From assembly GCA_040752415.1 (NCBI GenBank), contig JBFMGU010000233.1:1-16687 (forward strand): a stretch of 16,687 bases of DNA, written 5' to 3'. This DNA is from Myxococcota bacterium (lineage in GTDB: Bacteria; Myxococcota; JACRCW01). Position 1 is the stretch's first letter, and the number at the start of each line of letters is the position of its first letter. Positions 16,364 to 16,687 of this stretch are shown piece after piece. The position numbers and the translations under genes are program-made. The notes under the pieces were generated by a model. That model was not told the origin of the DNA and did no database searches. It saw only the letters and a program-made list of their open reading frames with translations.

Positions 16364-16405
16364 TGTGACCCCCCGGGGGAATTTGCTGCAGTGCAATGGA
16401 ATTGG

Positions 16406-16477
16406 CGGGGCCGGGCCCCTCCGTCGTGGCGTAAGCGGCCGACACGACGTGGGGTGCCCGGCCCCGTGCTTTTCCTT
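16406..16477 (+). terminator. Long GC-rich hairpin followed by a pyrimidine tract, possible terminator of the pha operon
   Basis: CGGGGCCGGGC (16406-16416) pairs with GCCCGGCCCCG (16456-16466); CGTCGTG (16422-16428) pairs with CACGACG (16443-16449); followed by TGCTTTTCCTT. Confidence 0.45.
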
Positions 16478-16505
16478 GCGACGTTCATGGCATGTGGGCA
16501 GCGTC

Positions 16506-16668
16506 GTGGGGGCTGCTGATGCACGTCGGTGGACGATGGATCGTCAGCCCGCGGCCGAGCGGCGCGCGGCGGAACCAGAACGGGACACGACGACAACGAT
16601 GTAGGGGCTGCCGATCCGCGTTGGTGGCCGGATTGCGCGCAGTGGCAGCGGATCGTCAGCCCGGGGCC
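16506..16668. repeat. Two related GTRG-initiated palindromic units (REP-like)
   Basis: 16506-16535 and 16601-16630 are identical at 24/30 positions; both units end GGATCGTCAGCCCGsGGCC (16538-16556, 16650-16668). In unit 2, 16605-16619 pairs with 16648-16662 (14/15). Confidence 0.6.
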
Positions 16669-16687
16669 AGCGGTGCGCGACGGCACA

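Overview
GC-rich bacterial DNA. The many lipoproteins with Asp-Ala or Ser-rich linkers and a myxobacterial-type outer-membrane barrel suggest Myxococcota (inference). Left half: a truncated Ser-rich lipoprotein gene (-) diverges from three + strand phosphoesterase genes: an EEP-family lipoprotein, a PLD-superfamily protein with a C-terminal CBM20, and an EEP-family lipoprotein with an amylopullulanase-type accessory module. These are followed by a 170-bp REPIN-like branched palindrome, a thrombospondin-like lipoprotein (Cys-rich/FN3/LamG/TSP3) and an inverted heptamer-repeat hairpin. Right half: a tightly coupled 5-gene minus-strand operon (lipoprotein, alpha/beta-hydrolase lipoprotein, OM beta-barrel, paralogous lipoprotein, spinster-like MFS transporter) diverges from a phasin-like/mini-PhaE/class III phaC operon. 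The most notable signal is five exact PhaR-type boxes (TGCRNYGCASMA) plus near matches. They lie in the shared promoter region, inside coding sequences of both operons and just after phaC. This suggests an undescribed, co-regulated hydrolyse-import-store system for PHA or lipid-derived carbon. All family calls are by eye from sequence motifs; no database searches were run.
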